A stretch of DNA of 64,000 nt from Lama guanicoe (taxonomy: Eukaryota). The DNA lies in NCBI GenBank assembly GCA_013239625.1, contig MU053881.1:4175957-4239956 (forward strand), read 5' to 3'. Positions 27,801 to 40,656 of the stretch are shown here, one piece after another. A program made the position numbers and the translations under genes. How positions within the stretch are numbered: the first letter of the stretch is position 1; each line of letters begins with the position of its first letter. A model generated the notes under the pieces. It was given only the letters and a program-made list of their open reading frames with translations. It ran no database searches and was not told where the DNA came from.

Positions 27801-29319
27801 TTCATCTCCCAGCCTTAAAAATAAAACGAATTATTTTGGTCCCCACTACATTTAAAATGAGGTAATTCTCTCACATTTATTTCTTCTCTTTCCTGTTTAT
27901 CATTTCCCCCATATTTGTCAGATGTGAAGTACAAGTTTTTATTTTCACTGACGCACATTTTCCCATTTTATTTCCATTTCCTGAGACACTCTTGTCAGAA
28001 CTGGGAGTGGGAGAAAAGTGAATACAATGTGATTCTTTTTTCCAAAGGGCTCAATCATGTTTTATCCGAAAACAATTATTTTACATACGGAAGTTTCAAA
28101 GGATCTGTGATGCTTCTGTGATCAGTTTTCATTACATCTTAGCATTTAGTGTTTTGTTTTGTTGCCATGTATAGATATACTTCCAATGAAAGAGATGGTA
28201 AAGGCACTTTAGATGTCTCATTATAAATCTTGTTAAGTTGTCAGTTTAAGAATGTTATTCAAAATTTAATGGTATGATAGGAATATAAGCTTTTGAGAAG
28301 TCTATTCTAAGAATCTCCCAGAGGCAAGCATAAAAGGAAGCTATGCTCATATTATTGCTAGGAGCTCTATATTTAAATTTCAAATAACAGCAGTCAGAAA
28401 GCTATGAAAAGCCTGAGATGCTCTTTCTTCTTAAAAAGGAAAGCGGACGTTGCCTACTTTTGACTTAAAGGAAAAAGGACAATAGAGAGGCAGAAAGGCG
28501 AATGGCAGAAAGGCCAGTCCAAATTTCTCCTCTGATTGGCTAGAAATAGATGAAGAAGGAGACTCTCTAAGCAAAGGAGGCGGGCCCTGGGGGTGAAAAC
28601 TGACGTCAGCTTAGTACAAGAAGGATGGCTTACAAAGAACCATTCCAGTTATGGTCTGGAGATCCACTTAGGAAGAAATAACTTTCTAAGAATACAGGCT
28701 TTTTGAGGAAGTTTTTGCATTTTGCCTAGAAATGTATGGCTTTGAAAGGTACTCCAAGGGACTCTTTCCCTGTTAAGTGATCGATCTACTCATCTGTCTC
28801 TTCTAACGAAAGGCTTCCCACTCTATGCTGTAAACTAAGTGTCCCGATTGAGTAGAAAGCTCGGGTTGTGGGACAGTTTCCTCCAAAATTCAAAGCTGAG
28901 AGCTCTGAACACAGGAAGTTTATTCAGGAGTGCTCTCGGGATAAAGAAGGGAAGGAAGAGGGGAGGTGAGAGGAAGAAACTGAATGGTGATAACCGTCTC
29001 AACAGAGCCCCCAGCCCATGTCACAAGGGCCTACAAAACTGGAATGGCCCTTCGTAGTTGTCCTCAGTTGAGATGCAGGTGAGCGCTCTTCCCCAAGAGG
29101 GCAAGACCTTGGGCAAGGTGGAGCTCTTCAGCCAAGGGCAATCCCTGGAGAGGGCTGGTAGCCAAGGCTGTCAGCCAGCAGTCCAGGGACAAAAGACTTT
29201 CGGGCCTGAAGGAGGATCAATCTGGGAGCACAGTGTAGGCTGTCTTCAGACCACACTCCTTCACTTCACAACCATACCCCGAGACTTCAAATACCTCTTA
29301 CTCTTATATTGGTAACGCC

Positions 29320-30085
29320 TACATTCATATCTCCAGCAGTTAGAGTTCTTCTAGACTTTAGACCGCTGTATACCACTGTTTCCTTGACGTCTTTGGATGG
29401 TTCGCAGGCACCTCAATCTCAACGTGTCCAAAGCTGAACTCCTGGTCTCTCCCTTCAAACCTGCCCCCCAGACTTGGTCGTCTTTCAGTGAATCACCCCA
29501 CTGTCCATCTATTGCTCCAGGTAGAAAACTGAGAGGAATTCCTGACATCTTTCTCACTCCTACATTCAATCACCAAGTCCTGATAGTTCTCCCTCCCAAG
29601 CATCCCTCACATCAGCCCACCCACCTCTATCTCCACGACTCCCCTTAAGTCCACTCAGTCTGCAGACCTATCAAGTCTCCTTCTGACAACTGTGCTTTCC
29701 CCCCAACCAGTCTATTCTTTGCACTGTTGTCTAAGCAATTTTTATAAAATAAATTCTGGTCGTGTTATTTCCTTGCTTAGAACTCTGCATGTCTAGCTTC
29801 TTCACTTCAGGTTTTTATCTAAACGTCAATGAGGTCTATGTGAGGTCTTCTGTCACCTCCCTACTTAACACTGCATCCCTTGACACATCCTCATTGCCTT
29901 TATCTTACTCCATAGTATTTTTTTTATCATACTGTATATTTTAATCATTTATTATTTCTTCCCCTGAAGACGGGGGGTTTTGCCTATTTTGTTCTCCTCT
30001 GTTGTCACAGGCCTAGAACAGAATCAGGAACATAGTATGTAATTAATAAATATCACGTAAATAAATGAATGAGTGAATGAATGGA
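29320..30085. mobile_element. L2 LINE 3' fragment
   Basis: GGCACCTCAATCTCAACGTGTCCAAAGCTGAACTCCTG...CCTAGAACAG...CATAGTATGTAATTAATAAATATC...AATGAATGAGTGAATGAATG L2 tail. Confidence 0.7.
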
Positions 30086-33000
30086 TGTCCCACTAGAACC
30101 TGAGTCACATAAGGTAGACTGGATGTCACCACTCCTCCAGTCTCTGCCCGTTAGACCATTATATGATTGAAGACTGCCAACTTCAGGCAGGAGTGGGTAA
30201 CACATGTTTAATAACTACTTGGTATTGCCTTTTGTTGAGGTAGTGTCAGTTTTCAGTTGGTCTCTATCTCTTGGTGTCCAGAATATTCCACTTCATGGTG
30301 ATTTTTTAAAAAGAAAATAGAAGGTCTGGCTCAGAGAGGCTATTTCCTCTCTGACATACACTAAATTACATAATTCGTATACTAAAATCCTGGGACTAAT
30401 GGAGTCATCCATCATCAACTAGGCTGTTTCCAGTTATTTGAAAAACTTCTCTAAACTTCACCAGATTCCTGAAATAATAGGGTCCAATGAGGACACATTA
30501 GCATCACAGCAAGACCAACATGACAACTGACAATTAAACGAGTCATCTGAGATCATACTGGAGAACTTTCAGAAAGTTGAAAAATCTCCCTCTTACTCAG
30601 ATTCTTAGAAAGTATAGAATAGACAGGGTAAGTGAGGATCTTTCATGAAGCACTGAGCCAGGTCTTTCAACTGGGAGTCTACAGATTAATTTTATTTTAT
30701 ACTGTAACTTTCTAGGAATATAAAATTTTCTTCTACACAACCAGATTTCTAAAAGCATATGGATCAGAGGACTCATTAAGCATTTTTATCATTTATTATC
30801 AATAAAGTTAAACAAATTAAGCAAGGGGTAATGAGTTTATCATGATCATGAGAAAAGTGGGATAATTTGGGCTATTATAAAAGTGAGATAATTTGCATTA
30901 TTCCCAGGAATGTGGATACTTCTCCATACTTTATTTGACTTTTAGAAAATTCAGAGTAAAACGAATGAACCACAATTATAGTCAACAACATGCATGAAAT
31001 TTTAGCAATGTGATATTAAAAAGTAGTATCAATGTAATATGAAAAGTCCAAAAAGATTATATGAAACATAATGTCCTCACTAGAAAATTAAACACCTAGA
31101 TTTATAAGGCAAGTTTAAAAAAGACACATAATTGCAATAACACTACGTAAAAAAGCAAAATAAAGAAATCATACACATATATTCAGTTTGTTGATTATCT
31201 TGAGTAGAAAAGGCAGGAAGAATGGATTGGGAATTATTGGTTAAAATGATTAGATATAAGTTATTTTCAAGATATTGTTTTGGGGGTAGGTTCACAGTTG
31301 CTTATTGCATCATTAAAAATAACTAAATAAAAGCAGACCATGCACTGACCAATTAGAATGTCATGAACCAGGGATTAGTGATTAATTCAATCTCTTTATT
31401 TGAGACTCATAAATTTGACAGGGGGAAGACATGGTGGTCATAATTTCATGGTAACATAAAATTAATTATAATCAATTGAGAATAAGTGGACCAAATTTCT
31501 GAATTCAGCTTAGTATGTCCCAAACTGGAAAGAGCATCACACCCACTCTAACAAAAAGAAAGCTGGATATCTGCACAACCACAATGTTTCTTTAATCCAT
31601 CAGATTGCTGAGGTAGCAGTGCAACCAACTGACTTGAACTCTAAGGAAAGACAGGCACCTCCAAGGAGAGATAAGAAGCCAGCGTTTGCTTGCCTGGGGT
31701 AGATGCCAGACATTGTACAAGTTGGTAAGAATAATTCAGCTTAGAATTTTAATGGATTGTTTAAAAGCTGAATGTGAGCTAGTGTGAAAGTACAGAATCC
31801 CCAGGCACCGCAGACATGAGAATTTTCACCTGTTCCCAGGTCTCCTCCACATATCTCCTCAGATGCTCACAAGAAAGACTTAGAACAGAGACCACAGAAA
31901 GCCTCCTTTATGGTGTAGAACTTAGATAGAAAAACAGCAGCACTGCAAGAGGCACAAAATTCTGTTCAGATCCTTTGTCCCTATCTCCCTATAAGCAACA
32001 GAGTTCAGCACTGGTGAATCAAAAATTAAGAAAAAAAAATTAAGAGACACATGAGGAAGCAAGAAAAAAAAAAAGCCAACACACAAGCAATAAACGGAAG
32101 AAGATTCATTTGTGATGCTGATGTTGGAATTAACAGACAGGGAATTTCAAATAAGTCTGATGACTAGAATAAAGTCTCTAGTGGAAAATATTGACAACAT
32201 GAATGTCCGGAAAAGGAATTTCATCAGAAAAATAAAAACTATAAAAGAATCAAGTAGGAATGGTAGGAATAACAAATGCTAGAATAAGAAAAATTAAATG
32301 CTAGTAACTGAGGTTAAAAATGCCTTCTGAAGGCTCATCAGTAGACTTCACACACTGGTGGAAAGAATCAATGAACAGGAAGATAAATCAATAGAAATTG
32401 CTCAAACTGAAAAACAAAAAATGCAAAAGAATGGAAAAAAATAGAACAGAGCATCCACAAACTGTGGGACAATATCAAATGTCTAATATATGTGTAATTG
32501 GGGTACAAAAAGAAGAAAGAAAGAACAGAATGGAAGAAATGTTTGAAGAGATAGTAGCCAGAATTGTCTAAAAGTAGTAAGACATGAAACCAAACATCCA
32601 AAAAGTTTAGAAGACACCAAGAAGGATAAAAACAAACCACAACAGCCTACATACATCATTTTCAAACTATTAAAAACCAAAAACAGGGAAACTCTTGAAG
32701 ACAGCCAGAAACAAAGAAATTACATACAAAGGAACAAAAATAGAGATAACAGCAGACTTATCAGAAACTATGCAAGCTAGAAGACGATGGAATGTCATCC
32801 TTAAAATGCTTAAAAAGAAAAGTTAATTCAGAGTTCTATACAGGGAAAATATTCTCCAAAAAATGAAAACAAAATAAAGATTTTTTTCAGAAAAACAAAA
32901 AATAAGAGTAATCATTACTATCAGACATGCACTACAAGAAATGTTAAAGGAAGTTCCTCAGTCAGGAATGAAGCAGACAGAAACCTGAATAAACACAAAT

Positions 33001-33179
33001 AAATGAAGGTCTCTAGAAATGGCATAATGAAAGTAAATATATAAATATATAATTCAGTTTTTATTATTTTTAGTTGCTCTAAAAGATTATTTGAAGGTAA
33101 GCTGAATAACTTAAGAGGTATATTGAAAACCCTGAAGAGATCACTAAATCTTTTAAGAGGTAACTTTTTTAAGACTTCT

Positions 33180-34045
33180 GTGATGGCCACTAATAATCTC
33201 ACTTTGGTATTCACATCCTCATGTAATTGCTCCCCTTTAAATACAGGAAGAACCTGTATAAACTAATAAAACTTAACAAAAGTGATGGAATTATCACTTC
33301 TGATAGTCTATAAAAGACTGTGACTTTCTCAGACAGAAAAAGACAAGTAACATATGATATCACTTATATTGGAATCTTAAGAAAAACACAAATTCTATTT
33401 ACAAACCAAAAACAGACTCACAGACATAGAAAACAAACTATTGTTACCAAAGGGGAAAAGGTGAGGGAGGGATAAATGAGGAGTTCGGGATTAGCAGATA
33501 CACATTAGTATATATACAATAGATAAATGACAAGGACTTACCATATAGCATGGGGAACTGTATTCACTTCTCGTAATAATGGAATGTAATGGAAAAGAAT
33601 CTGAAAAAATATGTACGTCTGTATATGTATAACTGAATTGTTTTGCTGTACACCTGAAACTAACATTAAATCAACTACACTTCAATAAAATTAAAATTAA
33701 AAATAGACCGTGACGTCCACATTGCTAGCAGTTTTCACTGTTTTGGAGACACCTATATGGCAAGAAACTCAGGGTGACCATAAGCTAACAGCTAGCAAGG
33801 AACCAAATGCTGCCAGTAACCAATGAGCGAACTTAAAAGCAGATCTTTCTCCAGCTGAGACTTCAGATAAGACCACAGAAGCTGAGCTGACACTCTGCAG
33901 TCTTGAGAGAGACCACGAAGTGGAGGATTCAGTTCAGCTGTGTCTATATTCCTGACCCACAGAAATTGTGAGATTATGAATGTATGTGTTGTTAAGCCAC
34001 AAAATTTGGGGGTAATCTGCTGTGTAGCCATGGACAACTAATACT
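33180..34045 (+). mobile_element. MaLR (MLT1-like) solo LTR interrupted by the L1 fragment
   Basis: Starts TGTGATGG and ends with an MLT-type 3' end CCTGACCCACAGAAATTGTGAGAT...GTTAAGCCACAAAATTTGGGGGTAATCTGCTGTGTAGC...AACTAATAC. Confidence 0.7.
33330..33703 (+). mobile_element. L1 3' end (cetartiodactyl-type) inserted into an LTR
   Basis: AGACAGAAAAAGACAAGTAACATATGATATCACTTATA...AACAGACTCACAGACATAGAAAACAAAC...TACACTTCAATAAAA; degenerate TSD AGAC(T/C)GTGAC on both sides. Confidence 0.82.
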
Positions 34046-34226
34046 TAAGCCAATAGTTGAGATAAAATGGAATAATAAAAAACACTCAACCCAAAAGAAA
34101 ACAGAAAGAGAGCCAAAAGAGAGAACCAATAGGAAATAGCTACCTTCATGGTGGGCTTTAGCCTAAACGTATTAGTAACTGTATTTATTCTAAATGGTCT
34201 AAACAAACCAACTAAAAGACAAAACT

Positions 34227-34283
34227 CGACACAACATTGTAAAATGACTGTAACCTAGTAGAAATGTTAAAAATAATAATAAA
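34227..34283 (+). mobile_element. 57-bp L1 tail insertion with perfect TSD
   Basis: GACACAACATTGTAAAATGACTGTAAC plus A-rich tail; TSD TAAAAGACAAAACT at 34213-34226 and 34284-34297. Confidence 0.8.
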
Positions 34284-34799
34284 TAAAAGACAAAACTTGT
34301 CAAGTTGGATTAGAAAAAACAATTATAGGCTTTCTACAAAATTACACTTTAAATTTAACATGGGACACGTTAAAAGTAACAGGGTGGGGAAAAAATATAC
34401 CACGCAGTGCTAATCAAAATAAGGCTGATGTAGCTATGTTAACACAAAGTACACTTCAGAACAAGGAATATTACTGGAAATAAAGACATTACCTAATAAT
34501 AAAGTTATCAATCGACTTTTATCAGAGGTCATTACAGTTCTCAACGTGTATGCACCCAGTAATATTCCATGAGAACAGCATTACCCTGATACCAAAACCA
34601 CACAAAACACTGCAATAAGAGAAAGTTACAGACCTATAACCATCACAAATATAAAGGCAAAATTCCTCAACAGAACTGTATCAAGTCAGTTCCAACAATA
34701 TAGAGAAAAGAATATTACGTCATATCCAAGCAGAGTTTATCTCAGGAATGCAAGGTCTGCTCAACACTGACATTAAATCAATGGAACTCACCTTAGTGT

Positions 34800-35410
34800 A
34801 GCTGTGTGCACTTCTCTCAAGCCCCCACCCCTTCCTCAATCACTGCCAGCCCCTGATCTATTTTCTATTTCTGTAATTTTCCCATTTCAAGAATGCTAAA
34901 GAAATGGAATAATATAGTATATGACCTCTTGGGACTGGTTTTTTCCACTCAGCATAATTCTCTGGAGATTCATCCAGGTGGTTGCATGTGTCAATAGTTT
35001 GTTCCTTTGTATTAATGAGCAGTATTCCACACTTTGTTTGGTTATTCACCCACTGAAGGACATCTGGGTTATTTTCAGGTTTTGATTATTACAAATAAAG
35101 CTGCTATAATTATTCATGTATAGTTTTTTATTCTAATTTGATGAAATCAAACTCACCCACTTTGAACTTCGGGTAATCCTGCCATGAAGACTTTCTTCTA
35201 TATTTTCTTCTAAACATTTTATGGTTTCACATTTTACTTTTAGATCGATGATCCATTTTGAGCTGTTCTTTTATATAAGGTGTGAGGTTTAGGTAGAAGT
35301 TAGTATTTTTTTGCACAGGGATAACCGATTGTTTCAGCACCATTTATTAAAGGGACTATCCTTTCTTCACTGAACTGCCATTGCACACTTCCTTTGTAAA
35401 ATATCAATTG
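34800..35410 (-). mobile_element. Old L1 3' fragment, antisense
   Basis: CACTGAAGGACATCTGGGTTATTTTCAG; ATCCATTTTGAG; TTTCAGCACCATTTATTAAAGGGACTATCCTTTC are L1M motifs. Confidence 0.7.
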
Positions 35411-36877
35411 AGACTTACGCTTCCAGGACAATGAAGTAGACAATCTCCCCCTGTACCGAGGTGCCCCAGCACCCTCAATGGGGTGATGTCAGAAAATGCC
35501 AAGTAGGGAGCCAAGATTGTCAACCCCACTGACAAGTAATGAGACTTCTCTCTCCTTCCAAACCCGCTGCCCCCACTTCCATCTCTGATACAGGACATAC
35601 AGTTTCTTACTATCCTCTCTGTAGGGTGTTACTACAACATAGCAGTAACCGGCCAACTGAGCTATGTTTGAAGGCATTACTTGCCGCGTATCTCTCAAAT
35701 GCTTGGATCATCACACCTGCAAAGACATCCCACTCCACTGGAAGGTTTTCCAAGTGACCTCAGGTGAGATCTTTAAGAACAGGACCGCCACCATGTGCCA
35801 GGGACTATCCATACAGCACATGCCGCCCAACAAGGTATCTTGTTGCCAGACGGCTGGTAAGTACACCACCGCAGTGCCCCATCTTACTGCCTGCTCTGTC
35901 AGACCCCTCCTGACATCACTTGTGTTCATTTGAGTCCTCTCAGAAACAGATGCTAAGGGGGAATTAGATGTGCAGGTATTCACTGGAGAGATGCCTATGA
36001 GAGAAAACTGCGAGAGAGCAAGGGGGGCCGGGAGAGCCACCCCACCATGATGGAGGACTGACCTCTGCAGGGGGGAGAGGAAAGGAAAGACAGTTGGGTA
36101 GGAAAAGTCTTACACACTCTCGGCTGTGGTTCTAAGAAAGTTTCCACAAGGCAAGTGGGGAGTCTTCAAGGCCTGTCTCACAGAAACATGCCTGCCTTAA
36201 TATCCCCACCATGCTTAATCACTGGCCGGGGGCCACCAGTTGGGAAGGAGGGCCTCACACAAACGCAGCAGTCGGTTCACAGTGCAGTACAGGTGGGCCG
36301 TCAGTCCATCGTGTCCCCTGTGGTAGGAAGTCTGAGAAGCAAATTTATACAGTTTCCTGAAGTAGGCGCTAGGGATGCCGCCGCAGCGGCACAGCCTGCT
36401 GTCAGGCATCCTCCCCGTAATAAATGCTGCACTAGTATGTTTCCACTTCCACTCCCACAGGCCTGGCTCCCAAACTCAAAGCTCATCTCTCACCATTGTG
36501 TTATAAACCAACTCTCAGAGACTCTTAGGTTACCCAAAACTTTTCCCAAATTTTAACCTTTCTTCAGTTTACGCCAGATGGGAAAATAACCTGGATTTTA
36601 GTTAGCTTGTTTGGTAAAAGATCCCATTGGTTTTTCTTCATAATTCTAAAAACTCACGTACAATCTTTCAGGTGGCTGGAATAAATGGCTGAGTAATATT
36701 CTGAAGTATTGACATGTTTCTCCTCTATTCTGTATTCACCAAATCCTTAATTTGAACCACTTAAAGATCTCTTCCCTCTCCACCCTGCACAGCTAAGCAT
36801 TAAACACCCACTGCAGACCCCAAAACAAAAGTTGCAAATACTGGACTACTGGGCTAAAATAAAATGCCTTTGGTCTA

Positions 36878-37040
36878 GCGGGGAGGGTATAGCTCAGTGG
36901 TAGACTGCGTGCTTAGCATGCACAAGGTCCTGGGTTCAATCCTCAGTACCTCCACTAAAAAATAGATAAATAAATAATTTTATTTAATTTAAAACCTAAT
37001 TACCTCCTCCCTCATAAAAAACAAGCAAACAAACAAAAAT
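36878..37040 (+). mobile_element. tRNA-derived SINE (camelid-type) with target-site duplication
   Basis: GGGGAGGGTATAGCTCAGTGGTAGA (A box)...GGTTCAATCC (B box), A-rich tail; TSD TGCCTTTGGTCTA at 36865-36877 and 37041-37053. Confidence 0.9.
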
Positions 37041-37199
37041 TGCCTTTGGTCTAAGCAGAAGAAAGGAAGAGTCACGTACATATTTGGCAAGTGAGTGCTC
37101 CTACTCACGCAGATTGGACAAAAGAGACTCTGGGCTAGAGATGAAGGAAAGTCAGGACCTCTGAGTCACGTGGGGTCATTTAATGCAGGAATCATGAAC

Positions 37200-38692
37200 C
37201 CCTTCTGGAACTACAGAACCAAAAATCAACTACAGTTGATATTCAGTGACGTGTCAGCAAAGAACAGCTGTATTATATTTATTATATTCTATTTAACAAA
37301 AGAGACATTTAATATATTTTCACCAGAACTTATTAAATAAAAATTTAAAGAGATAGAGGAAATATCTAGAGTTTGAATAAATTTACTAACTTTCTCCAGT
37401 AAGAAAAGATGGCTCAAAATAACTATTAGTTTAAACATCCAAAATAATTGTTACTATGTAAATGATAGGTTTTGACCATAAAGTAACTGAGAAATTTAGA
37501 AAAAGTGAGGAAGCCAAAAATAATTTAAGTGAATCCAAATTCAACTTCAAACAGTTAAATCTATATGAAGGGATGAATAAAGAGGCAGCTGCAGACTCAT
37601 TAATAAGAGGGGAAAGTTGGCGTTTTAAATGCATGCAATTATACTGATATGCTAATATAAATTTTATGTAAAATATTAATTTGAACAAGTGTGGAATAGT
37701 ATTCATTCTAGAAATAACAACTGTATGCATATGAATAATATTTAACTAAAATTTTTATTAATTTGCAAAGAAATTTATAAAGAATTTATAAAGAATAAAG
37801 AACTACTAATTTATAAAGAATGTAGTTTTTCTCTATTCAACAATTAAAGTCCCAATTCCAACAAAACACACCAAAATTAATACATAAATATCATTCAATA
37901 AAGTTTCATCTTTAAATTCTTCAAAATCTTCTTTGGTAAACAGATCCAAAGATAGGTTAATCCTACATAAAAGATGACAAAATTGAATCTTATTAATATG
38001 TCATAATCAGTAGTCACTGAAAAGTTTTAACATTTCTAAGACTGCAAAGTAACAGTTAGCCACTTCCTGCATTCACTGCTTTGATAACTTACTTTGTCTA
38101 GTTGCCCAAGAAAAGCTTCTGATGGACTCACTGTGTAACTCATACTTCTCTTCTCCACTCCAACTCCTCCTGCCAATATCCTTGGTGCCTTCAACAGTCC
38201 CAATTACAAGAACAGTGTCACAAAAACACTACACCACAGGCCTTTACTCCAGGCCACCTCAGCCTCCCACAAGCAAGGTCATCGCGTGGACACCGTCATC
38301 ACGTGGACCTTGTGCTTTACTTCTAAGTGCAGGAACCTCAAAGTGTGCTCAGCTGGTGTATCTCTATACTCCTACTTTCTGTACCCCTGACTGTCCCTGA
38401 GCAAGGTCACTGCCCTCCTTTCAACTGCCAGTCCCTTGATCTCATTTGCGTCCCCCTCAGCCCTACAATTATTTCTCTCAGTCCTCCTAATAAAGCCCTG
38501 AAGCCCCTCTTTGAGGGATTGAGACCTCCTTCTCATTGCAGACATTGCCTGACATTCTGTCCTCAGTCCTCTCCTCTCCCTCCATCCTCACTACATCCAC
38601 TAGAACCACACATGACCTTTATGTAGCATAGACAGCACACTGGCTCCACTGTGACTTCCAATTGCTTGGAATTTTCACCTGAGTAAAATTAC
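37200..38692 (-). other. C5orf47: Candidate terminal non-coding exon / 3'UTR of C5orf47
   Basis: The exon-4 donor requires a downstream exon. Possible acceptor ttttattttggtgtgtaaattttag| at 38693-38694, followed by AT-rich sequence with minus-strand AATAAA hexamers (e.g. ~37277, ~37754). Boundaries are speculative. Confidence 0.3.
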
Positions 38693-39039
38693 CTAAAATT
38701 TACACACCAAAATAAAACTCAGTAACTTCACAAAACCAGCTCTTTCTCTTGACTTCCTTATTTCTTAGGTACTCATTCTCCAACCTCAGTATCATCTCTC
38801 ATCTTCCCCTACATCTAGTCACCTGTCTCCTCTCCACTCTCAGTAAGTGCATTTCACTTCTCACTTGGACGGCTGCTACAATCCCCAGATTTTCTTTTTC
38901 ACTTCTTGTCTGGTCTCTATCCCAAACCATTTCACAAAATGACATTTGATTCTTTTGAAAACACAGATCTGATCAACCCACCGCTTTAAAATGTTCCATG
39001 TACAAGAGGTTTGCATAGTCTCTTATCTTTTCATAAAAT

Positions 39040-39750
39040 ACTTATTACTTATAAAAAGAAAAATAGTGTAGTGGAGAAACGGACATCTTAACCAATATCA
39101 AAGTTAACATCATCAATAAGGGATAAATGAAGATCACATGAATCCGGATGTGAGCTTCTGAGAAAGAAATGACACGAATGCTTATGTAACGTTCCAGTCA
39201 AAATGCAAAATACGAATCAAGTCATGAGAAGATATCAGCAAGTCCGGAGGGAGCATGAAAAATTACTGGCCTACATTCTTCCAATATGTCATTATCATAA
39301 AAAACAAAGGAAGGCTGAAGAACTGTACAGATTAAAGAAGACTAAAGACACATGACAACGAAATGCAGTATATGATCCTCAACCAGACCTGGTTATCAGA
39401 AGAAATATCCCATTAAAGAAATTATTATCACCATTGAAAAAAATTGGAATATGGAATATAGGTTAAAGTTTTAGAAAAATATTAAATTTCCTGAATTTGG
39501 CAACTGTAGTGTGGTTATTAAAAAAATCTTTGTTCTTAGGATACACACACCAAAGTATCAGGGGGCAATACTTTACACACACACACACACACACACAAAC
39601 ACACAGAGAGAGGGAGAGAGGGAGAGAGAGGAGCAGGAGAAAGATAAAGCAAATGTAAACACCGGTAAGCCTAGGTGAGGGGTACTCTGGAGTTCTGTGC
39701 ATTTTCCCTGCAATCTTTCTGTACATTTGAAATCATTTGTAATAAAGGGT
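39040..39750 (+). mobile_element. Old L1MC/ME-type 3' UTR fragment containing a (CA)n/(GA)n tract
   Basis: CAGATTAAAGAAGACTAAAGACACATGACAACGAAATGCA...ATTAAATTTCCTGAATTTG...TGCAATCTTTCTGTACATTTGAAATCATTT. Confidence 0.7.
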
Positions 39751-40182
39751 TAAGGAAATGTTCCATGTTTCTTCACTGCCTACTAAACTGAGCATAAACT
39801 CTTGGCCAAATATTCACGTGCAACCATTTGAAATAGTCTCAGTGTATACCTTTCTTTACTATGACTCCCTTAAACAAGCTTTAATCAAATGGTGCATTCC
39901 TAAACATTTTCTTGGACTCCATGAATATGCTCATGTCCGTGTCTAAAGTACACGCCCTTCCCCCATATTCCCACTTATAAAAATCTAATTTCTCGTTTCC
40001 AAGGCCCTCCTTACTTACCTTTTCTACTACGTTCCAAACCCCACCACACTGGGTGTAACCTATCCCTAAGAACGGGATGAACCCAGGTGATTAGTAAACC
40101 AGGGCACAGCTGGAAAAAAAGGGAGGGGGAGGAGTTGATATGCTCAGTTTAAAACATGGTGGTGTTTAAAAGTAACTGTAGA

Positions 40183-40330
40183 GGGAACTATATTCAATAT
40201 CTTGTAATAACCTTTAATGAAAAAGAATATTAAAATGAATATATGTAAGTATATGCATGACTGGGACATTGTGCTGTACACCAGAAATTGACACATTGTA
40301 ACTGACTGTATTTCAATTTGAAAAAAAAAA
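40183..40330 (+). mobile_element. 5'-truncated young L1 3' end with TSD
   Basis: Same 3'UTR as the 7661 copy with a poly(A) tail; TSD AAAAGTAACTGTAGA at 40168-40182 and 40328-40342. Confidence 0.88.
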
Positions 40331-40561
40331 AGTAACTGTAGAACTGCCTAAAGGAATTCAGAGGTACACGACCAGAGGTCAGAAGTAGAATAGAGATTTA
40401 AGGGTCATAACGCCAAGAAAGAGGAACTAAAGCTATAAAGTGGGTGAGTGATCTCAGAGTAAATATGTAGAGACAGAGTCGGACCAACAATTACTCCCAG
40501 GGCAGCATTTGCTGTTATTAGATGGTAGCAAAAGGGGCAAATTAAAAATACACAGAAAATA

Positions 40562-40656
40562 GGGGCTCACAGTCTTTAAGGCATGACCCTGCTATGTCTC
40601 CCTTTGCCTGGCAAAGCAATAAAGCTTTTCCTTTCTATCCTCAAAAAAAAAAAAAA
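40562..40656 (+). mobile_element. Short polyadenylated retrocopy (LTR R-region-like) with 18-bp TSD
   Basis: 81-nt body, AATAAA at 40618-40623, A14 at 40643-40656; TSD AAAAATACACAGAAAATA at 40544-40561 and 40652-40669. Confidence 0.8.

Larger units (their letters stand above)
31990..34795 (+). mobile_element. Old degenerate L1 (ORF1/ORF2 remnants) hosting nested insertions
   Basis: A-rich plus strand with L1 ORF1-like (GCTCATCAGTAGACT...GAAAGAATCAATGAAC) and ORF2-like (CAGCATTACCCTGATACCAAAACCA; CAGGAATGCAAGG) motifs; no intact ORF. Confidence 0.75.

Noticed and set aside
36880..36955. tRNA-like sequence
   Set aside because: Followed by a SINE body/A-rich tail and flanked by a TSD, with a second diverged copy in the window; a SINE head, not a tRNA gene.
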